From NCBI RefSeq assembly GCF_009914755.1, contig NC_060928.1: 64,000 nucleotides of DNA, one strand, 5' to 3'. The DNA is from the human T2T-CHM13v2.0 reference genome, Homo sapiens. The notes beneath the pieces were generated by a model. It saw only the letters and a program-made list of their open reading frames with translations. It was not told the DNA's origin and did not search any database. Shown piece after piece: positions 14,520-28,057 of the stretch (the stretch's first letter is position 1; each line of letters starts with the position of its first letter). The position numbers and the translations under genes are program-made.

Positions 14520-15085
14520 ACAACTAATTACCACAACCTTAGAAGCTTAAAGAAACACAAATTTATTGTCTGACATTTTCTATAGGTCAGAAGTCCAGTG
14601 GTCACTGCCACATCTTTATTTAGAATCTCACAAGCCTGATATAAAGGTGTCTGCGGGGCTGCCTTACTTTCTGAAACCTCTAGAGGAATGTCTCTGTTCT
14701 TGCTCATTCAGGCTGCTGGCTGAGCTTAGTTCCTTGTGCTGTGCAACTGAGATCCACATTTCCTTGATGTCAGCTAAGGACCATTCTTAGATTCTAGAAA
14801 TTACCTGCATTCCTTGGCTTGTGTCTCCTTCCTCCATTTTCAAAGGCATCAATGGTGGCCGAGTCCTTCTTACATCAAACTTCTCTGACTCTTCTGTGTT
14901 CCTCTTCTGTTTTTGAGAATTCATGTGATTACATTGGGGCCTCCAGGATAATCTCCCCATATCGAGGTCCATAGCCTTTATCACATCTGCCAGGTCTTTT
15001 TTTGCCATGTAATATAACATAAAATAGTCACAGAATCTAGAGATTAAGGTGTAAGCATCATTGTAGAACATTAGTCAGTCAAGCA
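14520..15085 (-). mobile_element. MLT1E-like LTR
   Basis: aattaccacaaccttag...aaacacaaatttatt...ggtcagaagtcc...ccaggataatctcccc...atcacatctgc. Confidence 0.7.
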
Positions 15086-15713
15086 CCGCCTCTTGTACTC
15101 CAGTCATCAGGGTCATTAGATCTACATATGTCTGAAATTTTTGCCTCTAATTTTCTCCCACAGACTCCGAGTTCTCAAAGAAAATCAAGGCATATGGCTG
15201 GGCATCTCTTTTAGCATCCTTGAACAGTCTGTAATGGCCCAAATGTACTTCAAGAATGCAGCAATTGAAAACAAGTCACCCGGAGCACACAGACTAGAGG
15301 TAGGTGGTGCTTCCTCACAGCCAAAATGTTGCCTCATCACTGACCAGCCAAAGGTGATCCATTTCATCCATATTAAGAGATACTGAAAATACTAGGAGAA
15401 CTGATGAGAGATAAACTGACTTTCCTGGGAGAATTTAGTAAAAGTCCTCCAAGAGATTATGTTCAATTTGAAATTTGAAGTATGCAGGAAGTTTAATAGG
15501 AAGAACAGGAATGGATAGGAGAAATCATTTCAAGTAAATAGAAAAGCAAGAATATGCTTGTGAATAATGAGAAAAATAAATTTTGAATAAAATTATGGGT
15601 GTGTGTTTGTGTATCTATTGTATGTATGTGTGTTTGAATAAGGCATACTGATATTATGTATTGGTCAACCACAATATAGGAAAATAAATTGAAGGGCATC
15701 TCTTTAAATCTTA

Positions 15714-15834
15714 CAGGTAGTCCATGCTTTCCACAGTACCAGCATTATGTTAAATGAATTCATTCATAGTGATCAATTCCTCACTTCGCATGAGTTACAG
15801 TTAATATGGTTCTGTGCAAAACAAGGACAGCCTG
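15714..15834. mobile_element. Tc1/mariner (Tigger-type) MITE, family not assigned
   Basis: TA-flanked, CAG...CTG ends, 28-bp terminal inverted repeats matching at 22/28. Confidence 0.7.
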
Positions 15835-16499
15835 TATGTCTATTTTTAATCAAAGATCTGAATTGCTGACTACAGGGCATACTCATTAATTCAGACACCT
15901 CTGAAGATAGAAAAATTTGCTAGGACTAGATTTGAAGGGGATCTTTAAAAATTAGAGCAACAAGTAATCACAATGAAGATGATATTTCTTAACAAGATAT
16001 CCTCATGGAAAATAGAGAAAAGAGAAGAAGATTGCTTCCTTAAATTAGGGACACAGACTAGTGAGGTAAAAGAAAAGCAGAAAAATAATCTGTGAGTTAT
16101 ACTTGACTACAAACTGATAGGAGAGCAAGAACATGTAGCGAGCACCCTACTATGTGCTAAGACTGTGTTAATCTAAGTACTTTTGTGGTTATCACATTTA
16201 ATACTCACAAATGTTTGTAAGATATATTTTATTAGGTGAATGTCTTGATGCTGCTGAAGATCGAATACTATCTGAATTGAAATATTATCTCATTACTACT
16301 ATTCCTCATGCCACACCAGGAATATTCTTGTCATACCTACTCTGATATTCTGGAAACAGGCAGAAACTGTTATATTTAGGAGATACTTCTCCTGCTACCT
16401 TAGGGATACTTCTCCTGCTGTCTTTAGATTATAAAACCATTTTGACTATGAACTACTTTTCAGTGGCAGGTTATAACAGGTCATGCCCTTCGGGCAATT

Positions 16500-16911
16500 T
16501 ATAAGCTTGCTATGGCTACTGTAACAAAACACTACAGAGTGAATGGATAAACCAGCAGAAATTTATTTTCACACAGTTCTGGAGGCTAGACATCCAAAAT
16601 CAAGATGTCAGTGGGGTAGGTTACTTCTGCAGACTATGAGGAATGATCTATTCTAGACCTTTCTCCTTGGCTTGAAGATGGCTAATCTTCACCCTTTGTC
16701 TTCACATTGTCTTCCTTCTTTACATGTCTGTATCCAAATTTCATCTCCTTATGAGGACAGCAGTGATATTGGCTTAGGGTCCACACTAATGACCTCATTT
16801 TAATTTAACTCTGTAAGTCCCATTAAACAAATATAGTTTCATTTGAGGTACTGGAACGTATTATAATCTTTCTTTTTGTGAGGGAGGATGACACAATTCA
16901 GCCCATAACAC
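16500..16911 (-). mobile_element. MLT1B/C-like LTR
   Basis: cagaaatttattttcacacagttctggaggctaga...cacaattcagcccataaca. Confidence 0.8.
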
Positions 16912-17026
16912 AGAAGAAAAACACAATCAAAATTCACATTAGGGATTTTAGCTCTAAGAAATTAAATATGTATATTAGAATACATAAAAACACCAATAAG
17001 AATACGAAGTCATTTGTGTAAATGAG

Positions 17027-17880
17027 TTTATTCATACATTTTCATACTGCTACAAAGAAAAACCCGAGACTGGGTAATTTATAAAAGAAAGAGGTTTAAT
17101 TGACTCACTTTTCTGCATGGGTGGGGAGGCCTCAGGAAACTTACAAACATGGTGAAAAGGGAAGAGGCACATCTTTTTTTTTTAAATTATACTTTAAGCT
17201 CTGGAGTACATGTGCAGAACGTGCAGGTTTGCTACATAGGTATATATGTGCCACGGTGATTTGCTGCACCCATCAACTCATCATCTACATTAGATATTTC
17301 TCCTAATGCTATCCCTCCCCTAGACCCCCACCCCCTGACAGGCCCCAGTGTGTGATGTTCTCCTCCCTGTGTCCATGTGTTCTCATTGTTCACCTCCCAC
17401 TTATGAGTGAGAACATGTGGTGTTTGGTTTTCTGTTCTTTTGTTAGTTTGCTGAGAATGATAGTTTCCAGCTTCTTCCATGTCCCTACAAAGGACATGAA
17501 CTCATCCTTTTTTATGGCTGCATAGTATTCCATGGTGTATATGTGTCACATTTTCTTTATCCAGTCTACCATTGATGGGCATTTGGGTTGGTTCCAAGAC
17601 TTTGCTATTGTGAACAGTGCTGCAATAAACATTATGTGTGCATGTGTCTTTATATTAGATGACAGCAGGTGAGAGAGAGAAGAAGAGGAGTGAAGGGAGA
17701 AGAGCCCCTTATAAAACCATCAGATCTTATGAGAACTCACTCACCATCTCAAGAACAGCATGGGGGAAGCCACCTCCATGATCCAATCACCTCCCATCAA
17801 GTCTCTCCCTAGATACATGGGGATTATGGAGATTACAATTCAGTATGAGATTTGGGTGGGGACACAGCCAAATCATATCA
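17027..17880 (-). mobile_element. THE1D-like LTR split by an L1PA insertion
   Basis: cccgagactgggtaatttataaaagaaagaggtttaattgactcac ... gagatttgggtggggacacagccaaatcatatca; 5-bp TSD atgag/gtgag. Confidence 0.88.
17174..17655 (-). mobile_element. Short 5'-truncated L1PA (about PA6/7)
   Basis: Poly(T) + attatactttaag...acatgtgcagaacgtgcaggtttg, then the L1 3'UTR and the end of ORF2. Confidence 0.92.
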
Positions 17881-17984
17881 GTGAGCAATTAAGGAATTAA
17901 CAGTGTCGAATCTTGGTTTGTTAACATTGATGAAGACAAATATATAGCCACCAATATCCACTCTATCTCTTCACCTGGTTTAAG

Positions 17985-18028
17985 GTTTTTTTGTTTGTTT
18001 GTTTGTTTGTTTTTGTTTTTGTTTTTTT
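17985..18028. repeat. (GTTT)n/(GTTTTT)n simple repeat
   Basis: Read directly from the sequence. Confidence 0.85.
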
Positions 18029-18691
18029 CCTTTCATCATGGCAAGAGGTGCTTTAACTCTTCATTCTGTAATCCCATGAACAGCTATACAGATGTACCAT
18101 ACATTTTTTGGAGGGTGGGGGATAACATTCTTCAATGTCACTAGGTTTTTGTAGGACCAACTCAAGCCGGCAGGTATAGTTAGAGAGACGGAAAGGTACA
18201 AGACCAACTATGGAAGAATCCAATGCCTCCAAGCATTACATGTTAGGATAAAGATCAGGATCACTGTTTGCATTCTCAGTAAGATAAACTTAGAGAAACT
18301 GCATGTTTTCCCTTTTCTCAATGATTTCACTTTTTCTTAGTTACGAGACAAACTTTAGAACAGCCAATAATCCATTAGAGTGAAGACATAATTGTCTTTT
18401 TAATAACAATGCCTCAAAGTGTGGGATATACGCCTGTCAACTCAGAGTTAGAATTGAATGTTTGACTTTCATTTTATTTATGTTGTAGAAAAAAAGATTG
18501 ATTTTTTTTTAAAAAAGGAGGTTTTTCTGTTTTATTTCATTTTAGGCTGAAATTGGTTGTCAGAATACAGCATCACTGAAATATTATGTGCATTGAACAA
18601 ATGGAGCTGGGTTGCATTCCACAGTATGCCACCAAAGTGAAAAGAAACAAAGTTTTTGTATAGAAAACTGGCATGTTAATAACGTCACACT

Positions 18692-18806
18692 CAGTGGCAC
18701 ATGCCTGTAGTCCAATCTACTCAGGAGGCTGAGGCTTGGAAATCACTTGAGCCCAGAAGTTTGAAACTAGTCTGGGTAACATAGCAAGAATCCATCTCAA
18801 AAGAAA
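18692..18806 (+). mobile_element. FLAM (Alu monomer)
   Basis: cagtggcacatgcctgtagtcc...cacttgagcccagaagtttga...catagcaagaatccatctcaaaa; single monomer. Confidence 0.85.
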
Positions 18807-19494
18807 TTGCACTGACTGGGGCTGAACCCTCAAGTCATTGAATCATGGAATTTTAAAGGAGAAGTCTGGCTTTTTCAGTTGTCTGGAGTGGATACTTAAT
18901 TTAATTAAAGAGACGGAATGCATTTGATGAAAACAATTAAGCCACATTGGCATACTCTACATTGGCATCTAATATGATACGGCTATTTAATAAAAAGCTA
19001 GTATTCTGTTTGACAGATCAATTATTCATTAAATAGATGGGGCAGAAATGGACACGCAAAATCAAAGCTGATTAATTCAGCAAAATCTTCAATAATACTG
19101 TCACCTTTAATCCAAGCCAATGGCTTCCAGCACAGCAGGCAGCTTGATAGAGGGTAAAGTAATCACAATGCAATGTGTTAAGTGCAAGTTATAAGAAGCA
19201 CTATGTAAAGAGTACTATGCAAAAACAGAGGAGTTGCACCCTGACTTGGGGATATCAGAAAAATCTTCCTTTTAATAGAAGTAATATCATTCTTAGTTTT
19301 AATAGATGTCAGGCAAAGAACGCATAAGTAGGCCGTTCAAAGGTATGTAGAGAGAAAAAGGCCCTGTTCATATTCTGAGACCCTGGTTTCATCAGTCTAA
19401 TCTTGAGTACTGTTGGATCAGCAGCCACTCCACCAAGTTGGAACATGAGGGAGTAATTGATATTTCTCCCATAATCCAGTGTATTCATTATGGT

Positions 19495-19994
19495 ATACTG
19501 TTGCAATCATGCTCCCAACATGAGCCAGCCTCCTACACCCATGCCCTTGGACAGTCTACTACCACATTCAATAGGGCTGATATGTGTTAACCAATAGGAC
19601 ATTGTAGAAATGGCACCATGTGTCATCAGAGGCTGGGTTATCAAAGAAATTTTAGCTTCTGCCTTGTTTGTTCTCTTGGTTCAGTCTCTGTGGGCCACCA
19701 TGCATGAGGACATTCAAGCAGCCTTATGGAGCAGTTTACATGGAGAGAAACTAAGGCCTCCTGCCAACAGCCAGCACCAACTGGCCATATAAATGAACTA
19801 CCTTGATCATGAATGCAGACTCTCTAAAGCCTTTACATGGATGCAACCTCATGAGAGACCCCTGTCCAGAAGAACACAATTAAGCTCCTGAATTCCTGAC
19901 CCACAGAAGAGCTGTGAGATACTAAATGCCTATTGTTGTTTTAAGCCACTAAATTTTGAGGTAATTTATTATGTGGTAATAGATAACTAAGACA
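19495..19994 (+). mobile_element. MLT1F/G-like LTR
   Basis: ggagagaaactaaggcctcctgccaacagccagcaccaact...ttttaagccactaaattttgaggtaattt...agataactaagaca. Confidence 0.75.
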
Positions 19995-20210
19995 TGAATA
20001 TACACTAACCCTAAAATAATCTCAAAATCCCTTCATGTTGTCCAGGTAGTACCATTAAATGTGACCTGCATGTTCTCATAAGTGTATGTGGTAAGAAATG
20101 TTCCATGCATTTATTTACATGTGTCTCTAGAAAAATATTCTACAGGGAAACAATTCTTCTATTCCTCAATGGATCCAGGTAGGGCCCACCAACACTTTCA
20201 TTTATTCTGG

Positions 20211-20513
20211 TGGCCAGGCAAGTGCAATGGTCCATGCCTGTAAGCCCAGCACTTTGGGAGGTTGAACTGGGCAGATCACCTGAGGTCAGGGGTTCAAGCA
20301 GCCTGGCCAAATGGTGAAAATCTGTCTCTACTAAAAATACAAAAAAAAAAAAAATTAGCCAGGCGTGGTAGCATGCACCTGTAATCCAGCTATGCGGGAG
20401 ACTGAGGCAAAAGCTTAAACTCAAGAGATGGAGGTTGCAGTGAGCCGAGATGGTGGGGCTGCACTCCAGCCTGGGTGAGAAAGCGAGACTCTATCTCAAA
20501 AAAAAAAAAAAAA
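20211..20513 (+). mobile_element. AluS (diverged)
   Basis: Dimer with gatcacctgaggtcagg; TSD att(a/c)ttctggt. Confidence 0.92.
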
Positions 20514-20817
20514 TTCTTCTGGTCAGAGAAAATCAATTCAGCCTTTAGCTGAGTAGAATGAGTACAAACTGAAAAGATTATTAGAGAGTGAATTTTATTC
20601 ATGCAGACAACACGCTCTTGACATGAGGGATGCAGGTGTTTAGGCATATGCTATACAAACTTCCAGGGCATAAAACCAGGCCAGAAAGAATTTTCTGGTC
20701 AAACAAGCTCAACAGCTTAATAGCAGTTCCAAAGCTAGGAAAAATGAATGCACCCCTACCTTCACTAGACTATTTCCCTCCTCCCAGCTGGAAAGATAAA
20801 GGGAAAATAAACCCTTA

Positions 20818-21097
20818 AATATTGAGCTATATATATATAAGTATTTATATATATAATATATATAGCTTAAATTAAGCTATAATATAGCTTCTATTTAATG
20901 CATATTAAATCAAATATACATTATATATAAAATAAAATTACATTACATTAAAATTATATTAAATTAAAATTAAATATACATTATAGCTTAAATATACACA
21001 TTTAAGCTATATATATAATTTAAGCTTATATAGATAAATTCATATATTTATGGCTTATATATGTATAATCTAAATCTAAATATATATCATCTAAATC
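20818..21097. repeat. AT-rich low-complexity tract with embedded palindromes
   Basis: (TA)n-rich; repeated tatagcttaa/ttaagctata motifs. Confidence 0.85.
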
Positions 21098-21611
21098 TCT
21101 TACAGACACGCATTTTAAAACCCATCAAAAAAGCTGACAAGTCAGGAATCCGTTTTAGGACACCTATGGGCATATTCTGGGAAAGGAGTCTTAATCATTG
21201 AGAAGCAAACTCTGGAGCCATTTCATGGAGGGATCTTAAAGGCACACAACCATTGGTTTTACTGCACATGTGTCACCGTCTGAAGCCATCCTGCAACTCT
21301 CACGAGTCATCTGCTCTGAAGTAGAGCACACGTATTTCTGGAAAAAGAGGATCAGACTGTCTTTTTCTGAGTGTGGTTGGCATCTATGGGATAGGCTTTC
21401 CTGGTTAAAAACTAGTTAGTTAAAAACTAGGAAGATAAGAGTAGCACAATTGAAAGAAAGAATGAAAGAAGGAGGGAGAGAAAAGAGTGAAAGTAGAAAA
21501 ATCAGGAAAATCTTTCAGTGATAGAATAAAAATAAATCAAAGGAAAAAAGAAAAAAATAATGATTAGAGTAAAAGAAACTAGAAATAACTTTAAAAACAT
21601 ACATCATATAG

Positions 21612-21929
21612 GGCCGGGCGCGGTGGCTCACGCCTGTAATCCTAGCACTTTGGGAGGCTGAGGCGGGCGGATCACGAGGTCAGAAGATCGAGACCATCCT
21701 GGCTAACACGGTGAAACCCCGTCTCTACTAAAAATACAAAAAAAAAAAAAATTAGCTGGAATGGTGGTGGGCGCCTGTAGGCCCAGCTACTCAGGAGGCT
21801 GAGGCAGGAGAATGGCGTTTACCTGGGAGGTAGAGCTTGCAGTGAGCCGAGATCATGCCACTGCACTCCAGCCTGGGCTACAGGGCGAGACTCCGCCTCA
21901 AAAAAACAAAAAACAAAACAAAAAAAAAA
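21612..21929 (+). mobile_element. AluY
   Basis: gatcacgaggtc, gatcgagaccatcctggctaacacgg, gaatggcgt; CpG-rich. Confidence 0.95.
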
Positions 21930-22029
21930 CATATAAAAGTAACAAATATTCTAGATACCAAACAATGAAACAGACAAAACCTGAAAACAAAGAATTGAGG
22001 AGAAAAATAAAGTACATCTCTAAAATGGA

Positions 22030-22835
22030 AGCTATTCCTGCCCCATCCCTAAATCTGCTTCCATATTTTAGATGACTGCAGTTTTATTCTTTGAGAAGGC
22101 AAAAGTCTAGGAATCATTCTTTACTCCTCTTGTTCTCTCACACCCCACATCCAATTTTCCAGGAAATCTTGTTGATTCTATCTTGAGGCTCTTTCTATAA
22201 TGCAACCATTCTGCAATCTCTCCAAGGCCACCACTTTGCTCTGAGCAATCCTTGTCTCTTGCCTGAATTGTGAAAATACCCTATGAATTTGTCCTCTGGT
22301 TTCTATCCATGCCCTTTATGGTCTATTCTGAACACAGAAACAAATGTGATTCTTTTAAAGGTAGGTCAGACCATGTCATGCCTCTGCTTTAGCCTCCAAT
22401 AGCTCCCTATTTCTTTGAGCAAAAAAACATACAAGGCCCTACAAGCTCTGGCTCCCCAGTCACTGCCCTTGTCTCAGCTCCTTCTGCCCTTCCTCTTGCA
22501 TCTTCATCATGCTCCAGCCTTAAAGCTTTGCACTTAGGGTCTCCCATTCCCTGAAGTGTTCTTCCTCTAATGTTTTTCCAAGACTGATACCATTATCTTC
22601 TTCAAATTTTGACTCAAATCTTACCTTTATCTCTCCACCTGTCTCACAATTGCACCCTTCAATCCTTCCCCTCCCACCCACCTCTTCTGTGCATGACTGA
22701 TACTCTTTATTACCATCTAACACATCTCCAGACTGCTCTTCCCTCTTGAGAATGTCAGCACCACCGGTGCAGAAGTCTTTGTCTGAATTGTTTACCAATG
22801 TGTTGCAATTGTCTACAACAGGTCCTGAACACATC
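22030..22835. mobile_element. L2 fragment
   Basis: cacaccccacatccaa, taggtcagaccatgtcatgcctctgc and other L2 motifs; L2 end reappears after the MLT1 at about 23310. Confidence 0.65.
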
Positions 22836-22844
22836 CCTGTGTCT

Positions 22845-23303
22845 CTATTAGTGTCCTGGGGCTGTCGTAACAAATTACCACAAACAGAGATTTACTTTCT
22901 CCTCATGTTAGAAGTTATATGTCTAAAATCAAGGTGTCAGCAGGGCCAAACTTTCTCTGAAATCTGTGGGGAGACTCCTTCCTTGACTCTTTCTAGTCTC
23001 TGTGGTTTGCTGGCAATCCGAGATTTTTCTCGGCTTGTAGTTGTGTCATTCACATCTCTGGGCCTCCATAGTCACATAGTGTTCCTCTTGTGTGTCTCTG
23101 CGTTTCTTCTTCTCTTCTTGTAAGGACACGAGTCATATTGAATTAACAGCCCATCCTACTTCAGTATGGCCTCATCTTAATACGAGTTACATCTAATTAA
23201 TGAATTAGCTAATTGATGACCTTATTTATAAATAAGATTACATCTTGAAGTGCTGTCAGGACTTCAACATATCTTTTTAGAGAACAAAATTCACCCCATA
23301 ACA
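22845..23303 (-). mobile_element. MLT1C-like LTR
   Basis: tattagtgtcctggggctgtcgtaacaaattaccacaaac...taaggacacgagtcatattg...aattcaccccataaca. Confidence 0.8.
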
Positions 23304-24377
23304 GTTCCCCAAAATATTTATTTAAATGAATCAATGAAGGTACTAAGTGATGTAAGTTCTTAAAAACATTCTTTGGCCAAGGGCGATGTGGGAAGTCCCT
23401 TACTACAGTTAGTACATCTGAGTGAATACACAAATTAGTAAGACAAATGTAGCTGCCTTGATAATGAGTTTATAAGTATTTTTACCAAAACTGTCATTTG
23501 ATAACAAATTAAAAGGTTGTGTACTGTGCCTTCTTTCACCATGGTTTTACATTACAAAATAGAGTAATTTCTAAAATGTAAATATCAATAAATCATAAGA
23601 AAGTAAAATTCATTATTAAATAAAGTTTTACAAAACATACTGTCATCCTGTAGTCCCTCTGCTATGAGAATCACAGAGAAGTGGGTCATTGTTTCAGAAA
23701 AGAATATGGCAATAAAAGTGAATTTAAATATTATGTCAAAGAGGAAAAACACCTCTTTGTGTTTTTAATATGTCAATCATTGCTGCATTTTTTATTAGAG
23801 GACACGTTTTCCTTTAATTTCCCTAATGTGTTATAGCTTTATTCCTAAACCACATGCTACCATGATTCCTTTGTGTAATTTTAAGTAATAAATCATAAAT
23901 GAATCATAAACAAATTATAGAATAATTATTCTGCTCCAGTGCTCACAATGATTTTCCTGCTTTTTACTTTAATGTCTCCTATTCCTCCTTAATCCAATAT
24001 TTATATTTATGACAAGCACCAGTTTTCAATCAAGAGAAAAGCTTCTGTGAAGTTGGGATTAGAGAATGTTTTATTCCACCCTCTATTGTCTAAATAAACA
24101 TGTTCAGAAATTAATCTCCTCCTTTTTATGGATCTGGGCTGTTTCAAACACCCCCAGGCAAGAAGAGGAGATCTCGCTTCTACTTCTGATCATTTGTTTT
24201 AAACTCTGTCTTTGAAATTAGCAAAATCCTACAGGGACTCAAAAAGGTTACTTGTTCTTTCAGGCCTCTGTGAGTTTGAATTACCTGACAGGTATTGAGA
24301 AAATTATTTATAAAACAAAAACTTTTACAGAAGCTAAAATATAAGTGACAGAAAGGACTTTAGAAGGGACATGTTGT

Positions 24378-24782
24378 CCAGAATTATCTAAATTGTAATA
24401 GGTTGTATACCACTGATGGTACATATGATGTTGAAGGTAGTAACATACTATTCAAAAACAGACTTTAATAGGAATATATTTGTTTTACATTGGCATCAGT
24501 TCAGTTTGCTGTGGTACTCTAAATACTCAGAGGTAATTTTTGATGCTCCTAGTCTGGGTAGGTAATTTAATCAAATTCAGTATAATGCTAGCAAAAAGAA
24601 AGAAACAGCTCTTCAAGCCTGTGATTTCATAGATACTACTGTCCGGAACAATACTCCCTTTAAAAAATAAGTCAATTGAGTTAAAGCCCATTTAAATAAA
24701 TCAAGTATATAAAATTGATAATAAGGTATGTCAAAAAATATGAAGGTGGTAGCCAAAATAATGAAAATTTAGGAACCATTGA
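24378..24782. mobile_element. Possible old hAT-Charlie element
   Basis: Charlie-like ends (ccag...taccactgatggtac ; gtggta...tttaggaaccattg); heavily diverged. Confidence 0.35.
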
Positions 24783-24963
24783 TGTAGCAGATAAGCAAAA
24801 TAGACAAAGTAATCAAGTGACTTTTCAGATTGAGAGCTACCTTTCTAGTTGGAGAGTGGATCATTCTTTCCTCTTGGTTTTTGCATTCTCTCTTTCTCCT
24901 TCTCTCTTTTTCTGGTCTCTCTCTCTCTCTCTCTCACTCTCTGTTTTTATTTATATATTTTCT

Positions 24964-25286
24964 TTTCTTTTTCTTTTTCTTTTTCTTTTTTTTTTTTTTT
25001 TTTTGAGAGAGAGTCTCGCTCAGTCGCCCGGGCTGGAGTGCAGTGGCGTGATCTTGGCTCACTGCAAGCTCCGCCTCCCGGGTGCACGCCATTCTCCTGC
25101 CTCAGCCTCCCTAGTAGCTTGGACTACAGGTGCCCGCCACCACGCCCTGCTAATTTTTTTGTATTTTTAGTAGAGACGGGATTTCACCCTCTTAGCCAGG
25201 ATGGTCTCGATCACCTGACCTCGTGATCCGCCCACCACAGCCTCCCAAAGTTCTGGGATAAGAGACATGAGCCACCGTGCCCGGCC
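24964..25286 (-). mobile_element. AluY
   Basis: gcaagctccgcctcccggg, cacgccattctcc; 16-bp TSD tatttatatattttct at 24948-24963 and 25288-25303. Confidence 0.95.
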
Positions 25287-26574
25287 ATATTTATATATTT
25301 TCTATATTATCTCATATGTTCACTTGTTTGTTTCGTCTACCAAATAGTGAGTTACTTGATGATCCCAGGACCTCATTTCATTTATCTATGTGTAAATACC
25401 AACAATACCAACTATACACTGCTCACCCGATAAGTGAGACTCAATACATGTTTGTGGAGTGATTGGATAATTAACAGCAAAGATAGAAGTTAGTCCATTG
25501 GCCTCCAACTTCCCTCCTTAAGTCCTCGTTCAGAACTATTTTCACTGTACCATGCGTTCAACATTTAATGCTTAGATATTCATTTCCAAAGTCACAAATT
25601 AAAATAGAAAACTAATGCGCTCCACATTTTAAAAATCTTGAGAAATTGCTAATGATTATCAACTGAAATATTTGAATGTAGAAATAGCTTTTTAAAAAAT
25701 TAGTGCTTGATTAAGCAAATATTAAACATGGTGGTACCACTGAGTTAAAGCAAGAGTAAGAAAGATGAATATTTATTATTTACATAAGTTTTGATCATAT
25801 CCTTGTTGTTAGCTGTACTGCATACTTTAGAAGACATGCAATCAGACAGTCCAAATTCTAATTGCAGCTTTGCTCATTATTTCTGTCTGGATTTGTTCAA
25901 ATCCTTAGAACCTTTGGAGACTGGAGGAAAAGTAACAACCCCAGGTAACCTGTTCCTGAAATAAGCCAAATAAGGCATAGATCCCAAGGTGAGGCTCCCT
26001 TTGTTGATTGTATTCACCAAATATATAAATTTACTAATAACTTTTTCATTCATCATCTATTCAGTAACTAAGCACCTGCTATGAACCAGGACTTTAGCTG
26101 GTATGACGGATACTAAAATGGGTAAGTCCTAGCCACTGTCTTCAAGTGTTTCATGGTCTAATGGAAGATGCAGAAGGCAAAAACTCAGATATTAAAAATC
26201 ATAAGTGCTTTAGTAGATCACAATTGCAGCCAGAAGATGACACTTCAAATTAGAAGGGGTGTTACCTTGGGATTATGATTTCACTTCTGTAAGATTCCAT
26301 CTTGTCTCCTGTAAAATGGGTATAGCAATAGTTACTTCATGAAATAAAGTGATGTAAAGACCATTGTACTCAATGTTTTGTGGAAGAAGTAAGGGTAGGT
26401 AATATACACCAGAAATTTTAGGCCCAAGGGGCAGCATGACTGAGCACATTAATAATTAATTCTGGAAATCCATGAATGGAGTCAGCAGTAGGAATTGGAA
26501 AGTGATTGTTTTAAAAAAGTGTTAAGGAGAGTGAAGATCAAAAGAGTAGAAACCATAAGTAAAGAAAGAATTGT

Positions 26575-26883
26575 GGCCAGGCGTGGTGGCTCATGCCTGT
26601 AATCCCAATACTTTGAAAGGCCAAGGTGGGCAGATCACTTGAGTCCAGAGTGTGAGACCAGCCTGGGCAATGTGGCAAAACCCTGTCTCTACAAAAAATA
26701 CAAAAATTAGCTGGGCATGATGGCACATGTCTGTAGTCCCAGCTACTCAGGAGGCTGAGATGGAAGGATCTCTTGAGACTGGGAGGCAGAGGTTGCAGTG
26801 AGCCAAGATCACTCCTGTCTGGGTAATAGAGCAAGATGCCTGCCTCAAAATAAAAATACGATAAAATAAAATAAGTAAAAAAA
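26575..26883 (+). mobile_element. AluJ
   Basis: gatcacttgagtccag...cagcctgggcaa, ggaaggatctcttgag J-type diagnostics. Confidence 0.9.
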
Positions 26884-27724
26884 TACAGTAGGCATAGAAA
26901 AATATTATTAGAGTTTTACCCTCCTATCTAAAACTGTCCCCAAATCCTGTTAACTGAATAGAAAGAAAAATAGAAAATGAAAAAGAAAAAATAGCATTGA
27001 TGAAAAATAGTTGCAAAGATTTCCCTGAACAATCAGCCCTAGCTAAGTTTCCAACTAAGCCCAAACTGTCTTATTACACATTCTACAACTCAGGAGGGGA
27101 TATAAGAGAATCCCCTACTTTTCTTGCTCTAGTTTTTACAGCTGTTGCCCATGTACTTAGCCAAGGTCATGTGCTCAATCATCCAGTCCCGAGTTTTGCT
27201 TCTGATGCCCTGTCTTTCAGTACAGCCTTCTGACCTCTATCTCCAGTCTGCTCCAAACCTCCATGATGCTTCCCCAGCTCTGGGCCTGGTTGCTGATTGT
27301 TGTTTTCCTGAGATTCTGACTCCAGTGGTTTAACTAACAACCTTCCTACTTTTTCTTCTTATAGAGATATCTCAGGCTCCGTACAGAAACTCTTATTAAA
27401 ACTCACAGCATTAAACCAGAACACAGACAAATGCCTACAATGGATGTGAAGTGAGCCAAGCAAAAAGCAATAAATAGGGAGTTTTGAGGATTGTTGCAAA
27501 TAGTAGTAATGCTCCAACCAAAAATACTCAAATTTAATTTAAAAAGGCAAAACATCACTCTAGTCAAATAGTATATGTTCACAGGTCAAGAGGATTCAGT
27601 CTGCCACACCTAAATAAACACTTAATGCTATCTAGATCTCTCCAGTTGAAACTGCAGCTGCCTCAGACCCTGAAGTGTGCTGTTCACAGGAAAATGTGTC
27701 ATAATTTTGCCATCTTATTACTTA

Positions 27725-28057
<333 letters not shown>

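Noticed and set aside
14080-14550. 156-aa ORF, the longest non-L1 ORF
   Set aside because: No recognisable domain, no exon or promoter context, and it runs into an MLT1 LTR; compatible with chance.
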